This document shows positions 40,808 to 51,042 of a stretch of 64,000 nucleotides of DNA, piece by piece; positions within the stretch are counted from its first letter, which is position 1, and each line of letters opens with the position of its first letter. Under the pieces are notes generated by a model. It saw only the letters and a list, made by a program, of their open reading frames with translations, ran no database searches and was not told the DNA's origin. The DNA comes from Halobacteriota archaeon (GTDB lineage Archaea > Halobacteriota > Bog-38 > Methanoflorentales > Methanoflorentaceae): NCBI GenBank assembly GCA_050011655.1, contig JBEKIR010000001.1:4519-68518 (forward strand), read 5' to 3'. A program made the translations under genes and the position numbers.

Positions 40808-41647
40808 GTGACGCGAGACCCAAAGCGTTCAATGCCCCGTGGAAGCGACCGCAGCTACCATAAAGCGAAGTGGGGTCAGCACTTCTTAATAGATGATGAG
40901 ATTATCGAGAAGATCGTCAGCTATGCAGATATAAGGCCAACCCAAACGATTTTAGAGATTGGCGGGGGTACCGGGAACCTTACAAGAAAACTTGCCCAGC
41001 TGTGCTACAGACTGGTTGTAGTTGAGGCGGATCGGAAGCTGGCGCGGGAGCTCTGTTCGATACCGGGTATCGACGTGCTGCATGGAGACGCCCTAAGGGT
41101 TGAATTTCCCCCGTTTGATAAGACAGTCTCTAACCTGCCGTATCAGATATCGTCAGAAGTCACGTTTAAGTTACTAAAGCATCCTTTCACGTGCGGCGTG
41201 CTGATGTATCAAAAAGAGTTCGCGCAGCGGATGGTCGCAGCGCCGGGCACGAAGGACTATAGCCGTCTGACGGTCTGCCTGAGTTACATCTCAAAAGTCA
41301 AAGTGCTAGCGCGTGTCCCGAACACGGCATTCAATCCGCGCCCTGCAGTTGATTCTGTGATTGTTAAACTGGTCCCGACTAAACCGCGCTTTGAGGTACT
41401 CAACGATGTGTTCTTTCATCGCTTCGTTCGCGCGCTCTTCACGCAAAGACGAAAAACACTAAGAGCTGCACTTCTGGTGACGGCACAGCTGCTTAACGTA
41501 CAAGCGATGGACCAACTGATCGCTAAATTGCCTCAGCATTGGCTAGTCCGGCGGCCCTACGAACTCTCCCCAGAAGAGATTGCAACTCTGTCGAACGATT
41601 CGTTTGAGCTGCACGAAGCGCAAAAGACGAGGGTGCAGCGGCAATAG
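40808..41647 (+). CDS. ksgA: 16S rRNA adenine dimethyltransferase KsgA/RsmA
   Basis: GQHFLID, LEIGGGTG, SNLPYQISS, MYQKEFA. Confidence 0.96.
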   Translation: MTRDPKRSMPRGSDRSYHKAKWGQHFLIDDEIIEKIVSYADIRPTQTILEIGGGTGNLTRKLAQLCYRLVVVEADRKLARELCSIPGIDVLHGDALRVEFPPFDKTVSNLPYQISSEVTFKLLKHPFTCGVLMYQKEFAQRMVAAPGTKDYSRLTVCLSYISKVKVLARVPNTAFNPRPAVDSVIVKLVPTKPRFEVLNDVFFHRFVRALFTQRRKTLRAALLVTAQLLNVQAMDQLIAKLPQHWLVRRPYELSPEEIATLSNDSFELHEAQKTRVQRQ

Positions 41648-41705
41648 TCGAATTAAGCCGACGAGAGCAATTATGACGCCCGGAATCACTAAGGGAGGCA
41701 AAAAA

Positions 41706-42293
41706 GTGCGTGACCTCAGCGAGCAAGTGCTCGTGCTGCCGGACGTTTATGAGCCGTGTGACGACACGTATCTGCTCATGGAAGCCGCCTTAAATGAGGT
41801 GCGTCCGGTTGACTCGGTCTTGGAGGTTGGCACAGGATGCGGAGTCATCGCTAAGAAGGTCGCAGAACGCGCCCGCTGCGTGATCGCGACAGACAAAAAC
41901 CCGCGCGCGGTCGAAAATGCGAAGTTGAATGGTGTAGAGGCGATCATGGGGGATCTTTTTGCCGATCTAGACAGCCGGTTTGACCTCATTATCTTTAATC
42001 CGCCGTACCTGCCTAGACGGCGTGACATGCCACGTGACTGGCAGACCCAAGCCTGGGATGGGGGCCCCTCAGGCAGGGAAGTGATCGTGCAGTTCCTCTC
42101 ACGGGTTGGTAACTACTTGACCCAAAAGGGCAGGGTGCTCTTGGTGGTCTCTTCGATCACCGGCTACGAAGAAGTGACAGAGCTCATGCACGCACAGTTT
42201 GGGATTGTCAAAGCCATTGCTCAACGCAAGTTCTTTTTTGAGACGCTGTATGTGGTACTGGGCGCAGAAGCTACGCGATCGGGGGGGCAATAA
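41706..42293 (+). CDS. HemK2/PrmC-related methyltransferase
   Basis: VYEPCDDTYLL, LEVGTGCG, FNPPY, WDGGPSGR; start set at in-frame GTG. Confidence 0.92.
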   Translation: MRDLSEQVLVLPDVYEPCDDTYLLMEAALNEVRPVDSVLEVGTGCGVIAKKVAERARCVIATDKNPRAVENAKLNGVEAIMGDLFADLDSRFDLIIFNPPYLPRRRDMPRDWQTQAWDGGPSGREVIVQFLSRVGNYLTQKGRVLLVVSSITGYEEVTELMHAQFGIVKAIAQRKFFFETLYVVLGAEATRSGGQ

Positions 42294-42308
42294 GCGTTGC
42301 AGTAGAGT

Positions 42309-42848
42309 TTAAAAAGGGCTTATGAACTTGTAAAACAGCAATTCATCGACGTAAGTGCCGTTGTCTAGCCGCCCTTTGCTCAGTCTTCTTCCCTCGCTAG
42401 CGTAGTTTGAGGAGCGATACAATGCTGCTGCCGCATTTCCGTCGTAGCAGTTCACTTCTATCTTTTTAATGCCCTGCTCCAGCGCGATCTGCTCTAGCGC
42501 GACAATCAGCAATTTTCCGAGGCCCTTTCGTTGAAAAGCGGGATGGACTGCGACGCCGAACGAAGCTACATGGGCAGCTCTCGACTGCGGATCGTTCATT
42601 ATCAGCGTCGCAGAACCGATGATCTTATCTTGGTGCAGGCCAAGCACAGTGATCTCGTTCGTGTTGAGTCGGCTTAGCCACTGTTTTTTGTTCTTTACTA
42701 GGTCACCAACGCGGTATCGCTTTGCCAGAAACTGATCAACTTGACTCAGCCACGAGTAAAGGTACTCGTAGCCGCCATTTTGATAATCGTCAATGTGGGC
42801 GACTTTCAGTTCGACGGTTGTTCCATCATCGAGAATGACGTGGTTCAC
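42309..42848 (-). CDS. GNAT family N-acetyltransferase
   Basis: FGVAVHPAFQRKGLG, NAAAALY. Confidence 0.88.
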   Translation of the reverse strand: MNHVILDDGTTVELKVAHIDDYQNGGYEYLYSWLSQVDQFLAKRYRVGDLVKNKKQWLSRLNTNEITVLGLHQDKIIGSATLIMNDPQSRAAHVASFGVAVHPAFQRKGLGKLLIVALEQIALEQGIKKIEVNCYDGNAAAALYRSSNYASEGRRLSKGRLDNGTYVDELLFYKFISPF

Positions 42849-42866
42849 CGATCTGATGATAATCCC

Positions 42867-43151
42867 TCAGGATATTGCTTCAGATTTTGACCTAATGAGT
42901 CCCAAAAGTGCCTCAAACTCATCTTTTAGCCTCAATGAAGCATCCTGCAGCGCTTTTAACGGATCCTTGGATTCCGTTTTGATGTGGAATATTGGATTGC
43001 TTATCATCGGATGCTTGACGTCGTACGTGGCGATTTCGACCTGCGGATCTTGAAGCAGCGAGTACTTCAAGACGTTCAGGAACGTGTGGCCCTCATCGAG
43101 AAATTCTATCTCAGCTTCGTCCTTTGTTGCACGAATGATCTTAATATTCAT
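42867..43151 (-). CDS. rpoL: RNA polymerase subunit Rpo11 (RpoL)
   Basis: DEGHTFLNVLK, ATYDVKHP. Confidence 0.95.
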   Translation of the reverse strand: MNIKIIRATKDEAEIEFLDEGHTFLNVLKYSLLQDPQVEIATYDVKHPMISNPIFHIKTESKDPLKALQDASLRLKDEFEALLGLIRSKSEAIS

Positions 43152-43197
43152 TGTCTACAAATCTTTGAAAACAGGTGGACAACAAGCGTCGTTATGC

Positions 43198-43755
43198 TTA
43201 GATTACGCCCTTTCCGTAGTCCTCCGAGATCTTTCGCGTTTCGATACACTCGCAGCTTGGACATTCGAGCTTGTTCTGCTTCCGCACGAGCGGCATGCGG
43301 CATCTCGAGCAGAGCGCCTTTATCACGCCTAAATCCTTTTCAACCGTGCTCAATCTTAAGCTCTTTTCGTCTATTACTCTGGCCTTTATGATGTCTTGCT
43401 GGCTAAACTCGGTTTCCAGCTTCGCGACGTATGAGTCCTTCACGTTTGAAATATGAATAGCTCCTTGATCTGCATTTGCGATTTCGCGGTCTTCGTGACC
43501 TTTTATTCTTGCAATATCAACGAGGACGACTGCATTCTTCAGATCGACCACCCGACCGACCACGATGTCGCCGGTCTTAAGCATGGGTGGGGTCTCCATA
43601 ACGGGTAGAACTCGTACCGTTCGGTCTTTCTTGTCAGTTTCGACTTTTCCCGTTACGGCGGCGAATATCTTGCCTCTCTCTTCATACGTCCCGTCGCCGG
43701 GTAGGTATTCTTCAGAAGCACCTATAAGATCCCCTGGTACAACCAAATCCGTCAT
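43198..43755 (-). CDS. csl4: Exosome complex RNA-binding protein Csl4
   Basis: VVPGD..EEYLPG.GTY, IHISNV, CSRC..CPSC, ETRKIS. Confidence 0.95.
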   Translation of the reverse strand: MTDLVVPGDLIGASEEYLPGDGTYEERGKIFAAVTGKVETDKKDRTVRVLPVMETPPMLKTGDIVVGRVVDLKNAVVLVDIARIKGHEDREIANADQGAIHISNVKDSYVAKLETEFSQQDIIKARVIDEKSLRLSTVEKDLGVIKALCSRCRMPLVRKQNKLECPSCECIETRKISEDYGKGVI

Positions 43756-43796
43756 TTCTTATCCTTTCCTTCCTTCTTAGAGTTAAGAACAATAAT

Positions 43797-44390
43797 TCAA
43801 AAAGCGACTTCTATTCGATAAATTATCGCGTCTACGTATCGTACTGCATCTTTATGAAACTTAAAGGTATGTGCAATGGGCAGTTTGACCTTTATTGCGT
43901 CAGTAACGCGGTGCGGCTCAAGAAAGTGCCTCACAAAGCCGTTTACGACGGCACTGTGAAGCAAGTAGATGACTTTCCCCACACGTACTGACTTGCTCAA
44001 GAACGGCCTATCACTGCTCCGCTTCTGGGCTCCGAATGGAGGATTCATCACGACCGTGTCGAACGAACCTTCAAAGTCTTCTATGCTGCTATTTAGCCAA
44101 GATACCTGCACACCGAGTAGCTTCGCGTTCGCCCGCGCGACTTCTAGTGCTCGCTCGTCCGAGTCAACGCCCGTCGCAACGCCACCCAGCAGCGCCGCGC
44201 CTAGTGCAAGGACGCCGGTCCCGCAGCCCAAATCCACCACTGTTAGACCGGCGATGTCACCTCGCATGTAGGCAAAATAAAGAAGCTGAGCGGCAATGGG
44301 TGCTGACGTGGTGTATTGTTCGCGCATCGCAGAAGGGGATTCAAACGCTTGCACCTGTTCGAGGATGATTTCAAGCTGACGCTGTTTCAT
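43797..44390 (-). CDS. METTL5-family RNA methyltransferase
   Basis: EQYTT, DLGCGTG, MNPPFGAQ, FKFH. Confidence 0.92.
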   Translation of the reverse strand: MKQRQLEIILEQVQAFESPSAMREQYTTSAPIAAQLLYFAYMRGDIAGLTVVDLGCGTGVLALGAALLGGVATGVDSDERALEVARANAKLLGVQVSWLNSSIEDFEGSFDTVVMNPPFGAQKRSSDRPFLSKSVRVGKVIYLLHSAVVNGFVRHFLEPHRVTDAIKVKLPIAHTFKFHKDAVRYVDAIIYRIEVAF

Positions 44391-44478
44391 CTTGATAGAC
44401 CGCCGTAGAGAGGTGAAGCGCGCCGTGCGACGGCAAAACTGCGGCGATTGCGAGGCGCTATTCCTGTTGGCGAGAGAC

Positions 44479-45486
44479 TTATCGCTTTCGGCTCAACACG
44501 TATGCTACAAGAGTCAATCCGGCTAACGCAATGGGCATTTCGAACCCCGGGAGGGGATTGCCACTCGAACCGCTTGATTGGGTCGGGGCCGCAGTGCCGT
44601 TGGCGTTCTGGCTCGTTGATGTGGGCGGAATATTAACCGCCTGGTTGACTCCGGCGTACGCTGTTGCTTGCGTGGTCAAATTGCCTGCCGGATTAGTGCC
44701 TGTTACGGTGATACTGAGCGTTTGGTTATTCGCAAGCGTTTTGCTCGCGATTCCTGTCCAATCCAGCTGCTGGTGATGCACTATGTTGGGCTGAACGGAG
44801 TCGTCAGTAGGACTTCCCGTGATTTGGCTTAAATTAGCTGAAAACAGACTTTCTACTTGCGCAGAGTTAACAGCGGGGTTTTGAGTCGTGGGATAATCTG
44901 TCTGATGACAAAGGCGACAATTACCCGTTACTGTGGTAATGACAGAGAACGAGTTCCCTGTGTTGACGAGCCCTTTGGCGGAGATTCCTGGTGATCCATA
45001 AATTGTTGGAACGAGGTTCAACGGAGCGTTGTTAACAGTAAACTCAGTTGTCCTCGTGGGTCCGTATGGATCTGTAACCTTAAAGATGTACTGCCCAGGG
45101 GAGAGTTGTGGAGTCAGCCACAAGAACTGTATATAGCCATTGGTACTGTTGTCACGGTCGGTCGGCCCGCCGTCGGTGACGTTCGCTATGGTCACCCACG
45201 AACTACCGGGGTCGTCGTCTTTGCCATTTCCGTTTTTGTCGTAGTAATAAGACAATGTGACCGTGCTTCCGTTTCGCGCCACGTTCGCTTGCACGATGAC
45301 ACTGCTACCTGAACTAATGGTTGTGGGTTGAAGTTGTACGATCGTCGTTGCGGATGTAGTAATTATGACAGCGCTTATTATCAACAAGACCGCGATTGAA
45401 GATAGAAGTAGCAGCGTCATTTTGTTCGCCGAGCGTGGCATCCTGGTTGCCTCCAATAATTTCTCAACCATTATCGGCAAGTTCAT
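44479..45486 (-). CDS. PGF-CTERM cell-surface protein with Ig-like folds, putative Ca-binding loop and a CxxCH motif
   Basis: Signal peptide, DKNGNG loop, CRLCH, many N-x-S/T sequons, LPGFE + TM + RKR. Confidence 0.82.
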   Translation of the reverse strand: MNLPIMVEKLLEATRMPRSANKMTLLLLSSIAVLLIISAVIITTSATTIVQLQPTTISSGSSVIVQANVARNGSTVTLSYYYDKNGNGKDDDPGSSWVTIANVTDGGPTDRDNSTNGYIQFLWLTPQLSPGQYIFKVTDPYGPTRTTEFTVNNAPLNLVPTIYGSPGISAKGLVNTGNSFSVITTVTGNCRLCHQTDYPTTQNPAVNSAQVESLFSANLSQITGSPTDDSVQPNIVHHQQLDWTGIASKTLANNQTLSITVTGTNPAGNLTTQATAYAGVNQAVNIPPTSTSQNANGTAAPTQSSGSSGNPLPGFEMPIALAGLTLVAYVLSRKR

Positions 45487-45604
45487 ATATAAAACATTCG
45501 AGTGTCCTAATGCGGCACAATCGTTATAATCAAGAACCCGAGCCGCAGAATTGCTGAATCGACGAGATACGTTTATTACTGTCGAGAACGCTAAAAAGAA
45601 TAAG

Positions 45605-47683
45605 ATGAATGACTTCTTTTATCCTAGATCGATAGCCGTCATTGGCGCCGCGCGAGAAGAGGATAAAGTGGGACATTCGGTTCTGAAGAACCTCCTTGAT
45701 GCCAACTTCCAAGGAGAACTTGTTCCCGTCAACCCGAACGCCGATGAGATCTTAGGGTTAAAAACTTTTCACGCGGCAAAGAAGGTCGATCTCGCAGTCA
45801 TAGTCGTTCCAGCAAAAATCGTCCCTGCTGTTTTGGAAGAATCAGCGCGCGTCGGCGTAAAGGCATCAATAATTATATCAGCAGGATTTCGAGAATCTGG
45901 CGTTCAGGGCGCAAAGCTCGAGGCTCAAATTCGGGAGATAACCAAAAAATATGGGATTCGAATCGTCGGTCCCAACTGCTTGGGCATCATGAGCACTGGG
46001 GCCAACTTGAACGCTTCGTTCGCAAGCGAGTATCCGGTCAAAGGTGGCATCTCGTTGATATCACAAAGTGGGGCAATCTGCACGTCTTTTCTGGACTGGG
46101 CGGCTAATGAAAGCCTTGGCTTTGACAAATTAGTGAGCGTCGGAAACAAGGTCGACGTAGCTGAGGCTGAGCTTTTGGATTACATCGCACGCGATCCTTC
46201 AACGCGCGTTGTTGCGCTCTACGTCGAGGGTATTGATAATGGGCGCGAGTTTATGCAGGTCTCGAAAGAGGTTTCGAGGCTCAAGCCAGTTATTGCGCTC
46301 AAAGCCGGCCGTACCGATACGGGAGCCAAGGCAGCCTCCTCTCACACTGGCGCGCTCGCCGGCTCAGATGCCACGTATGACGCAGCGTTCAAACAGTCAG
46401 GGATTTTACGGGTGACTTCGATTGACGAATTCTTCGACGCCGCGAAAGCCTTCTCGCGCTGCCCGATTCCAAAAATCCCCGGGGTAGCTATCATAACGAA
46501 TGCAGGAGGGCCGGGCGTGCTCGCGAGCGACGCCAGCGCCGAGTGCGGCGTGCCGCTGGCGAACTTCACCAAGGAGACAATAGAAGCACTGCGAAACGCG
46601 CTGCCTCAAGAGAGCAACATCTACAACCCGATTGACATTCTCGGGGATGCAAAGCCGCGCCGATATGTGGCGACGCTCGAGATCATATTAGCCGATCAAA
46701 ATGTCGGCGCAGTAATCCTGCTTCTCACCCCACAAGCTATGACGGAACCAGAAGAGACTGCCAACCTGATCAACAGGCTTTCATTGCACGCAAGCAAACC
46801 CATCATTACCTCGTTCATCGGAGGAAAGGAGCTGAGAAAGGCGCGCGGAAAGTTAATACACGGCAGAGCGGCGAACTTTGACAGTCCAGAAACCGCAGTC
46901 AGGGCGGCCCGTAACCTCATCAAGTTCAGGGAGATTGCGACATCTTCAGAGGGCGCATCGACGCAGCTAAGAAGCGGGCAGAACCGTGCTGCATTTCTAC
47001 GCATTGAAGGAGTTCGGTCGGAGGGACGAACGGCTTTGACAGAAGAAGAAGGCAAAGATGTGCTGCGAGCTTACGGGATCAAAGCCCCGAGAGAGACAGT
47101 CGTTACTCGGCGGGACAAAGTCATTCAAGCAGCACGCGAGATCGGATATCCTATCGTCATGAAGGTGAGCTCGCCAGACATTGCCCACAAGACCGACGTA
47201 GGGGGGGTCATCACGGGCATAAGCAACGATAGGGCGGCTAAAAACGCTTTCGATCAAATATATGCCAACGTCAACAAGCGAATGCCCCGAGCGCGAATCG
47301 GAGGGGTGATAATCGAAGAGATGGTTCAGGGCGTGGAGGTCATCGTTGGGGTCACTTGCGATCCCCAATTCGGACCTTTTATCACCTTCGGGTTAGGGGG
47401 CTTGTACGTGGAAGTGCTCAAAGACGTGGCGCATAGGTTGGCGCCAATAACCGTCGCCGAAGCAAAGCGGATGATTGCGGAAGTTAAATCATACCCGATT
47501 CTGCTGGGTACGCGCGGCAGAAAGGCCCTCGATATCAACGCGGTGGCCGACACGATCGTGCGGGTCAGCCAAATCAGCCAGGACTTCGAAGAAATCCAAG
47601 AAATAGAGATTAACCCGCTGATGGTTCAAGAAGATGGCTGCATTGCGGTGGACGCGCTCGTGGTGATAAGCGGGAGACCGTAG
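45605..47683 (+). CDS. acd: Acetate--CoA ligase (ADP-forming), fused alpha/beta
   Basis: SIAVIGA, GPNCLG, SQSGA, SSHTG phospho-His, TNAGG, ATP-grasp HKTDVGGV..EINPL. Confidence 0.92.
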   Translation: MNDFFYPRSIAVIGAAREEDKVGHSVLKNLLDANFQGELVPVNPNADEILGLKTFHAAKKVDLAVIVVPAKIVPAVLEESARVGVKASIIISAGFRESGVQGAKLEAQIREITKKYGIRIVGPNCLGIMSTGANLNASFASEYPVKGGISLISQSGAICTSFLDWAANESLGFDKLVSVGNKVDVAEAELLDYIARDPSTRVVALYVEGIDNGREFMQVSKEVSRLKPVIALKAGRTDTGAKAASSHTGALAGSDATYDAAFKQSGILRVTSIDEFFDAAKAFSRCPIPKIPGVAIITNAGGPGVLASDASAECGVPLANFTKETIEALRNALPQESNIYNPIDILGDAKPRRYVATLEIILADQNVGAVILLLTPQAMTEPEETANLINRLSLHASKPIITSFIGGKELRKARGKLIHGRAANFDSPETAVRAARNLIKFREIATSSEGASTQLRSGQNRAAFLRIEGVRSEGRTALTEEEGKDVLRAYGIKAPRETVVTRRDKVIQAAREIGYPIVMKVSSPDIAHKTDVGGVITGISNDRAAKNAFDQIYANVNKRMPRARIGGVIIEEMVQGVEVIVGVTCDPQFGPFITFGLGGLYVEVLKDVAHRLAPITVAEAKRMIAEVKSYPILLGTRGRKALDINAVADTIVRVSQISQDFEEIQEIEINPLMVQEDGCIAVDALVVISGRP

Positions 47684-47705
47684 TACTAACAGAAAAACTT
47701 GAGAG

Positions 47706-48716
47706 GTGGATAACTTGGAATCTAAGTGCGATGTGCCGACACTTGTTATAAGTTCAGTATCTGAACGCAGTGGCAAGACTATAATCGCTTTAGGCCTTGC
47801 TTTGAACTTTACAGGAGTACTGGGCTTCTATAAGCCTATCCGCGAGAATCTCATCGCAATTGACGGAAATTTGGTCGAGGAGGACGCGTATCTGATGAGG
47901 AATGTTCTCAACTTAGAAGAAGAGTCGCTGCTTTCGCCTTTTACCTATAATCTATTTAAAGGCATCAAAGCTGAGGACATCATCTGCGGCTTAAACCGCA
48001 TTTGCGGCAACAAACAGGCAGTTTTGCTCGAGGGAACGAAAGATATTAGCACGGGCTTTATCCACGACATTTCAAGCATCCAGCTTGCTCGAAAACTCGA
48101 CACCGGGATCTTACTCGTGACCGACATATACTCGCTTGATAAGGTAGCCATGACCAAACTTCTTCTCGAAAAGCTCAAGGTGAAGCTCAAAGGCGTCGTA
48201 TTGAATCAATCACAAGATCCTGGGTTCGAAAATTACATGATTAAACGAGGAATAGAAATTGTCGGTTCAATCCCGTTCTTAAAGGAGTTGAAAGCCCTTC
48301 ACGCCTACGAAATAGCCGAAGAACTTGGCGGAGAAGTCATTGTCGAGGGAGAGGACCGCCTCATCGAAAAGGTGCTGATCGGGGCCATGACGCCGGAATC
48401 GGCACTCAAGTACTTCAGACAGGCTCCCGCGAAGGCGGTGATCACTGGAGGTGACAGAGCCGATTTGCAGCTTGCCGCGTTGTCGACTTCGACGTCGTGC
48501 CTTGTACTAACTGGAGGGCTGTACCCCGCTAATCACGTGATCGCGCGAGCACAAGAACTCGGCGTCAGCGTGATCCTCGTTCACTTAGATACGCTTACGG
48601 CAGCTGAACGCGTAGAGAGACTCACAGCACGTATTGATCCATCCGACAGCCGCAAAATCAGCTTGATAAAAGAAACCGTTCGACAGAACCTCGACACCGA
48701 TGCACTATGGGGCTAA
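47706..48716 (+). CDS. Phosphotransacetylase N-terminal-like protein (BioD-like P-loop + DRTGG)
   Basis: SGKTIIALGL, GFYKP, IGAMT, ITGGDRADLQ, LTGG. Confidence 0.88.
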   Translation: MDNLESKCDVPTLVISSVSERSGKTIIALGLALNFTGVLGFYKPIRENLIAIDGNLVEEDAYLMRNVLNLEEESLLSPFTYNLFKGIKAEDIICGLNRICGNKQAVLLEGTKDISTGFIHDISSIQLARKLDTGILLVTDIYSLDKVAMTKLLLEKLKVKLKGVVLNQSQDPGFENYMIKRGIEIVGSIPFLKELKALHAYEIAEELGGEVIVEGEDRLIEKVLIGAMTPESALKYFRQAPAKAVITGGDRADLQLAALSTSTSCLVLTGGLYPANHVIARAQELGVSVILVHLDTLTAAERVERLTARIDPSDSRKISLIKETVRQNLDTDALWG

Positions 48717-48775
48717 CACTTCGGAGCTCGACGACGTGCACTCGGCTAGAAATGATTTCAGCCGACCGAAAGTGG

Positions 48776-49831
48776 CTAAGCGCCTCTCTTTCCTCGTATC
48801 TTGTTCCTCAGTGCCTTTTTCGACGTCACATCGCCGACTACAAACCCATCGGCATCGAATTGCGGCACGTCCTCGGTTGAACCAGGAGAATTTTTCTCCC
48901 TGGCTCTTTCAGGGTCTTCAGGCGCCCGTTCAGACGCGTCCACTGCTATCCTTCTAGCCGGCCGTCGTCCAGAGACTGCGTCAGACGCATTGTCGTGTGA
49001 GCGGTCTGCTGACGGTGACTCATAATGCAATGCAAGAGGATCGGACACGCCGCTGCCTCCAGCCGGATAGCCGTCTCTCCTAAAATGATCTTCCTCGTAG
49101 CGGTCTTCTCCCGACCTGTTTTGCGAGAAGACAAAAAAGAGGGCGATGGTTACGAGCGCGGTAATTGCGATTACAAAATATACCCAGCTATTGAGATGGG
49201 TTAGAATATCGCCAGCGTTATACGTCCCGGGATCTCCTGCTTTTCCTGCTGCTGCGCTAGCAGGGGGGGGGCTTGCGATTGCAAGCGTTGCTGCGTTTTG
49301 CTGTGTATCATAGGGGGGTGTCGCATGATCTGATGGATCGGTCCCTTTCTTATAAACGACCACACCGATCGTATAACTACCCTCTGGCAAACTCTTTGGA
49401 GTGAACGTTACGGAACGCGTTTCGTCCACCTTTAACGCCACCACGGCGCTGTCTGAGGTTACGTTTGCGCCAGCCGTATCCTTATAAATGACGTCAACTC
49501 GGACCCCATCGAGAGCGACTTTCCCGTTCTGTAACGTAACGATAACTTGTGGCGTCGCGGCAGATAGTCCAGTAGTAGTAGTTTTTACCGCTGCGATTTT
49601 GACAGACGGCGCCGCAGCTTGTTGCGGCGCTAACGGATTGATGTCTTCCAATCGCTTTGTGAAGTTGTTGTACAGGCTGTCAATTTGGTTGAAAATGTTC
49701 CCGCCCGTATCTAGCTGTGCAACGGTTGCTAGGCGTGGATTGACCACTGTCGCTTCTGCCAGTGGTGCGAATGCTACGAGCGCAATAAATGCCCAACTCA
49801 GTGACAGTGCCAGCACTGCGAATCGACGCAT
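48776..49831 (-). CDS. Type I membrane protein: signal peptide, Ig/CARDB-like domain, TM helix, charged cytoplasmic tail
   Basis: Hydrophobic N-terminus, LPEGSYTIGVVVY, TM WVYFVIAITALVTIALFFVF, D/E/R-rich tail. Confidence 0.68.
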   Translation of the reverse strand: MRRFAVLALSLSWAFIALVAFAPLAEATVVNPRLATVAQLDTGGNIFNQIDSLYNNFTKRLEDINPLAPQQAAAPSVKIAAVKTTTTGLSAATPQVIVTLQNGKVALDGVRVDVIYKDTAGANVTSDSAVVALKVDETRSVTFTPKSLPEGSYTIGVVVYKKGTDPSDHATPPYDTQQNAATLAIASPPPASAAAGKAGDPGTYNAGDILTHLNSWVYFVIAITALVTIALFFVFSQNRSGEDRYEEDHFRRDGYPAGGSGVSDPLALHYESPSADRSHDNASDAVSGRRPARRIAVDASERAPEDPERAREKNSPGSTEDVPQFDADGFVVGDVTSKKALRNKIRGKRGA

Positions 49832-50021
49832 ATCCTAAATCAGCCTTCTTCTTTGCGTGTACGTTCCGCCGAGGACTTAACGATTGTGTATAGCGCGCTG
49901 CGTCTCATGGAATCACAACGACGGAGGCGAAAGTGACCGACCATCCAAAAAAAGCCGCCGCCAGTGTTCTTGCCGTTTAAAGGCTTAACTTTTAAAGCAC
50001 GCGGTTGGCCGCACCACCCGT

Positions 50022-50858
50022 TTAAAGCAAGACTTTGACGAGGTCTGAATCCTTTATGATCCCTTCAAGTTTTTCGTCTGCGGTGACCACCGGTAAAAGC
50101 TCAACGTCGAAACGCCGCATTTGTCTCGCGCATTCGCTTATTCCTGTTTTGTGATAAATTGATTCGTATTCGGCCATCATTATATCCTTTACCGGCACGC
50201 TCGGAAGCTCTACTCTGGAAACACCATAGTACAGACTCATCGTATCCCTGACCGCTTCCCAGGTCCACGCGTCCTCATCCGAGCCGGCGGATAGATCCGC
50301 CTTTTCGATTGTATCTTCGATCTTGCTGGCTTTCAAAAGGGCGCTTTCTGTAACGATGCCAACAACCTTGCTTGCCGAATCAAGCACTGGGCTCGCGTCG
50401 GCATTTGCAAGTTTCATGATTTCGCCTACAACATCAACGGGCGTCATTTGCCAAACTGCGACTATTTCGCGAATGATATAATCATCAACGGGTGTCCCAA
50501 TATCCATATCCGCTATCGCGCTTACGATATCCGTTACCGTAATGAAACCGACGAGGTCCGAGTCATCCACAACTGGCATCCGCCTGATGATATTTTCTAC
50601 GAGAGTACGAGCCGCATCGTTGATCGCCGCGTTCGGAGTCACAAAAACGGGCTGTCTTGTCATGAGAAGTGCTATTTGGTCCTCCTCCGGGTTTCGAAAT
50701 ATGTCTCCTCGCGTGACTATGCCTACAAGCTTGTGATTCTTCACAACCGGTAAACTTGTTATCCCTTTGTCCTTCATAATTTTGAGAGCCGTATCTCGCG
50801 ATCCCGGAACCTCAACGAAGACGACGTCCCTCGTCATCACATCTTCGACTTTCATCAT
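50022..50858 (-). CDS. CBS-domain protein (4 CBS)
   Basis: VEDVMT, LPVV..LVGIVTRGD, RRMPVVD, AWTWE. Confidence 0.92.
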   Translation of the reverse strand: MMKVEDVMTRDVVFVEVPGSRDTALKIMKDKGITSLPVVKNHKLVGIVTRGDIFRNPEEDQIALLMTRQPVFVTPNAAINDAARTLVENIIRRMPVVDDSDLVGFITVTDIVSAIADMDIGTPVDDYIIREIVAVWQMTPVDVVGEIMKLANADASPVLDSASKVVGIVTESALLKASKIEDTIEKADLSAGSDEDAWTWEAVRDTMSLYYGVSRVELPSVPVKDIMMAEYESIYHKTGISECARQMRRFDVELLPVVTADEKLEGIIKDSDLVKVLL

Positions 50859-51042
50859 CTTGGAACCTCAGTACCCGCGACGCAGTTCCAATACCAACGG
50901 GTCGCGAGCGCGTAGCTTTGAAATCGGCAACATAAATACCCATTTGCACGCCGACCATTCTGAGCACGTGCGCGTGTTGCCTGCTGGCCGCGAAGCCTTG
51001 CAGGCTCTATGCCTTGCAGGCTCTAATAGTCGAAGTTCACGT

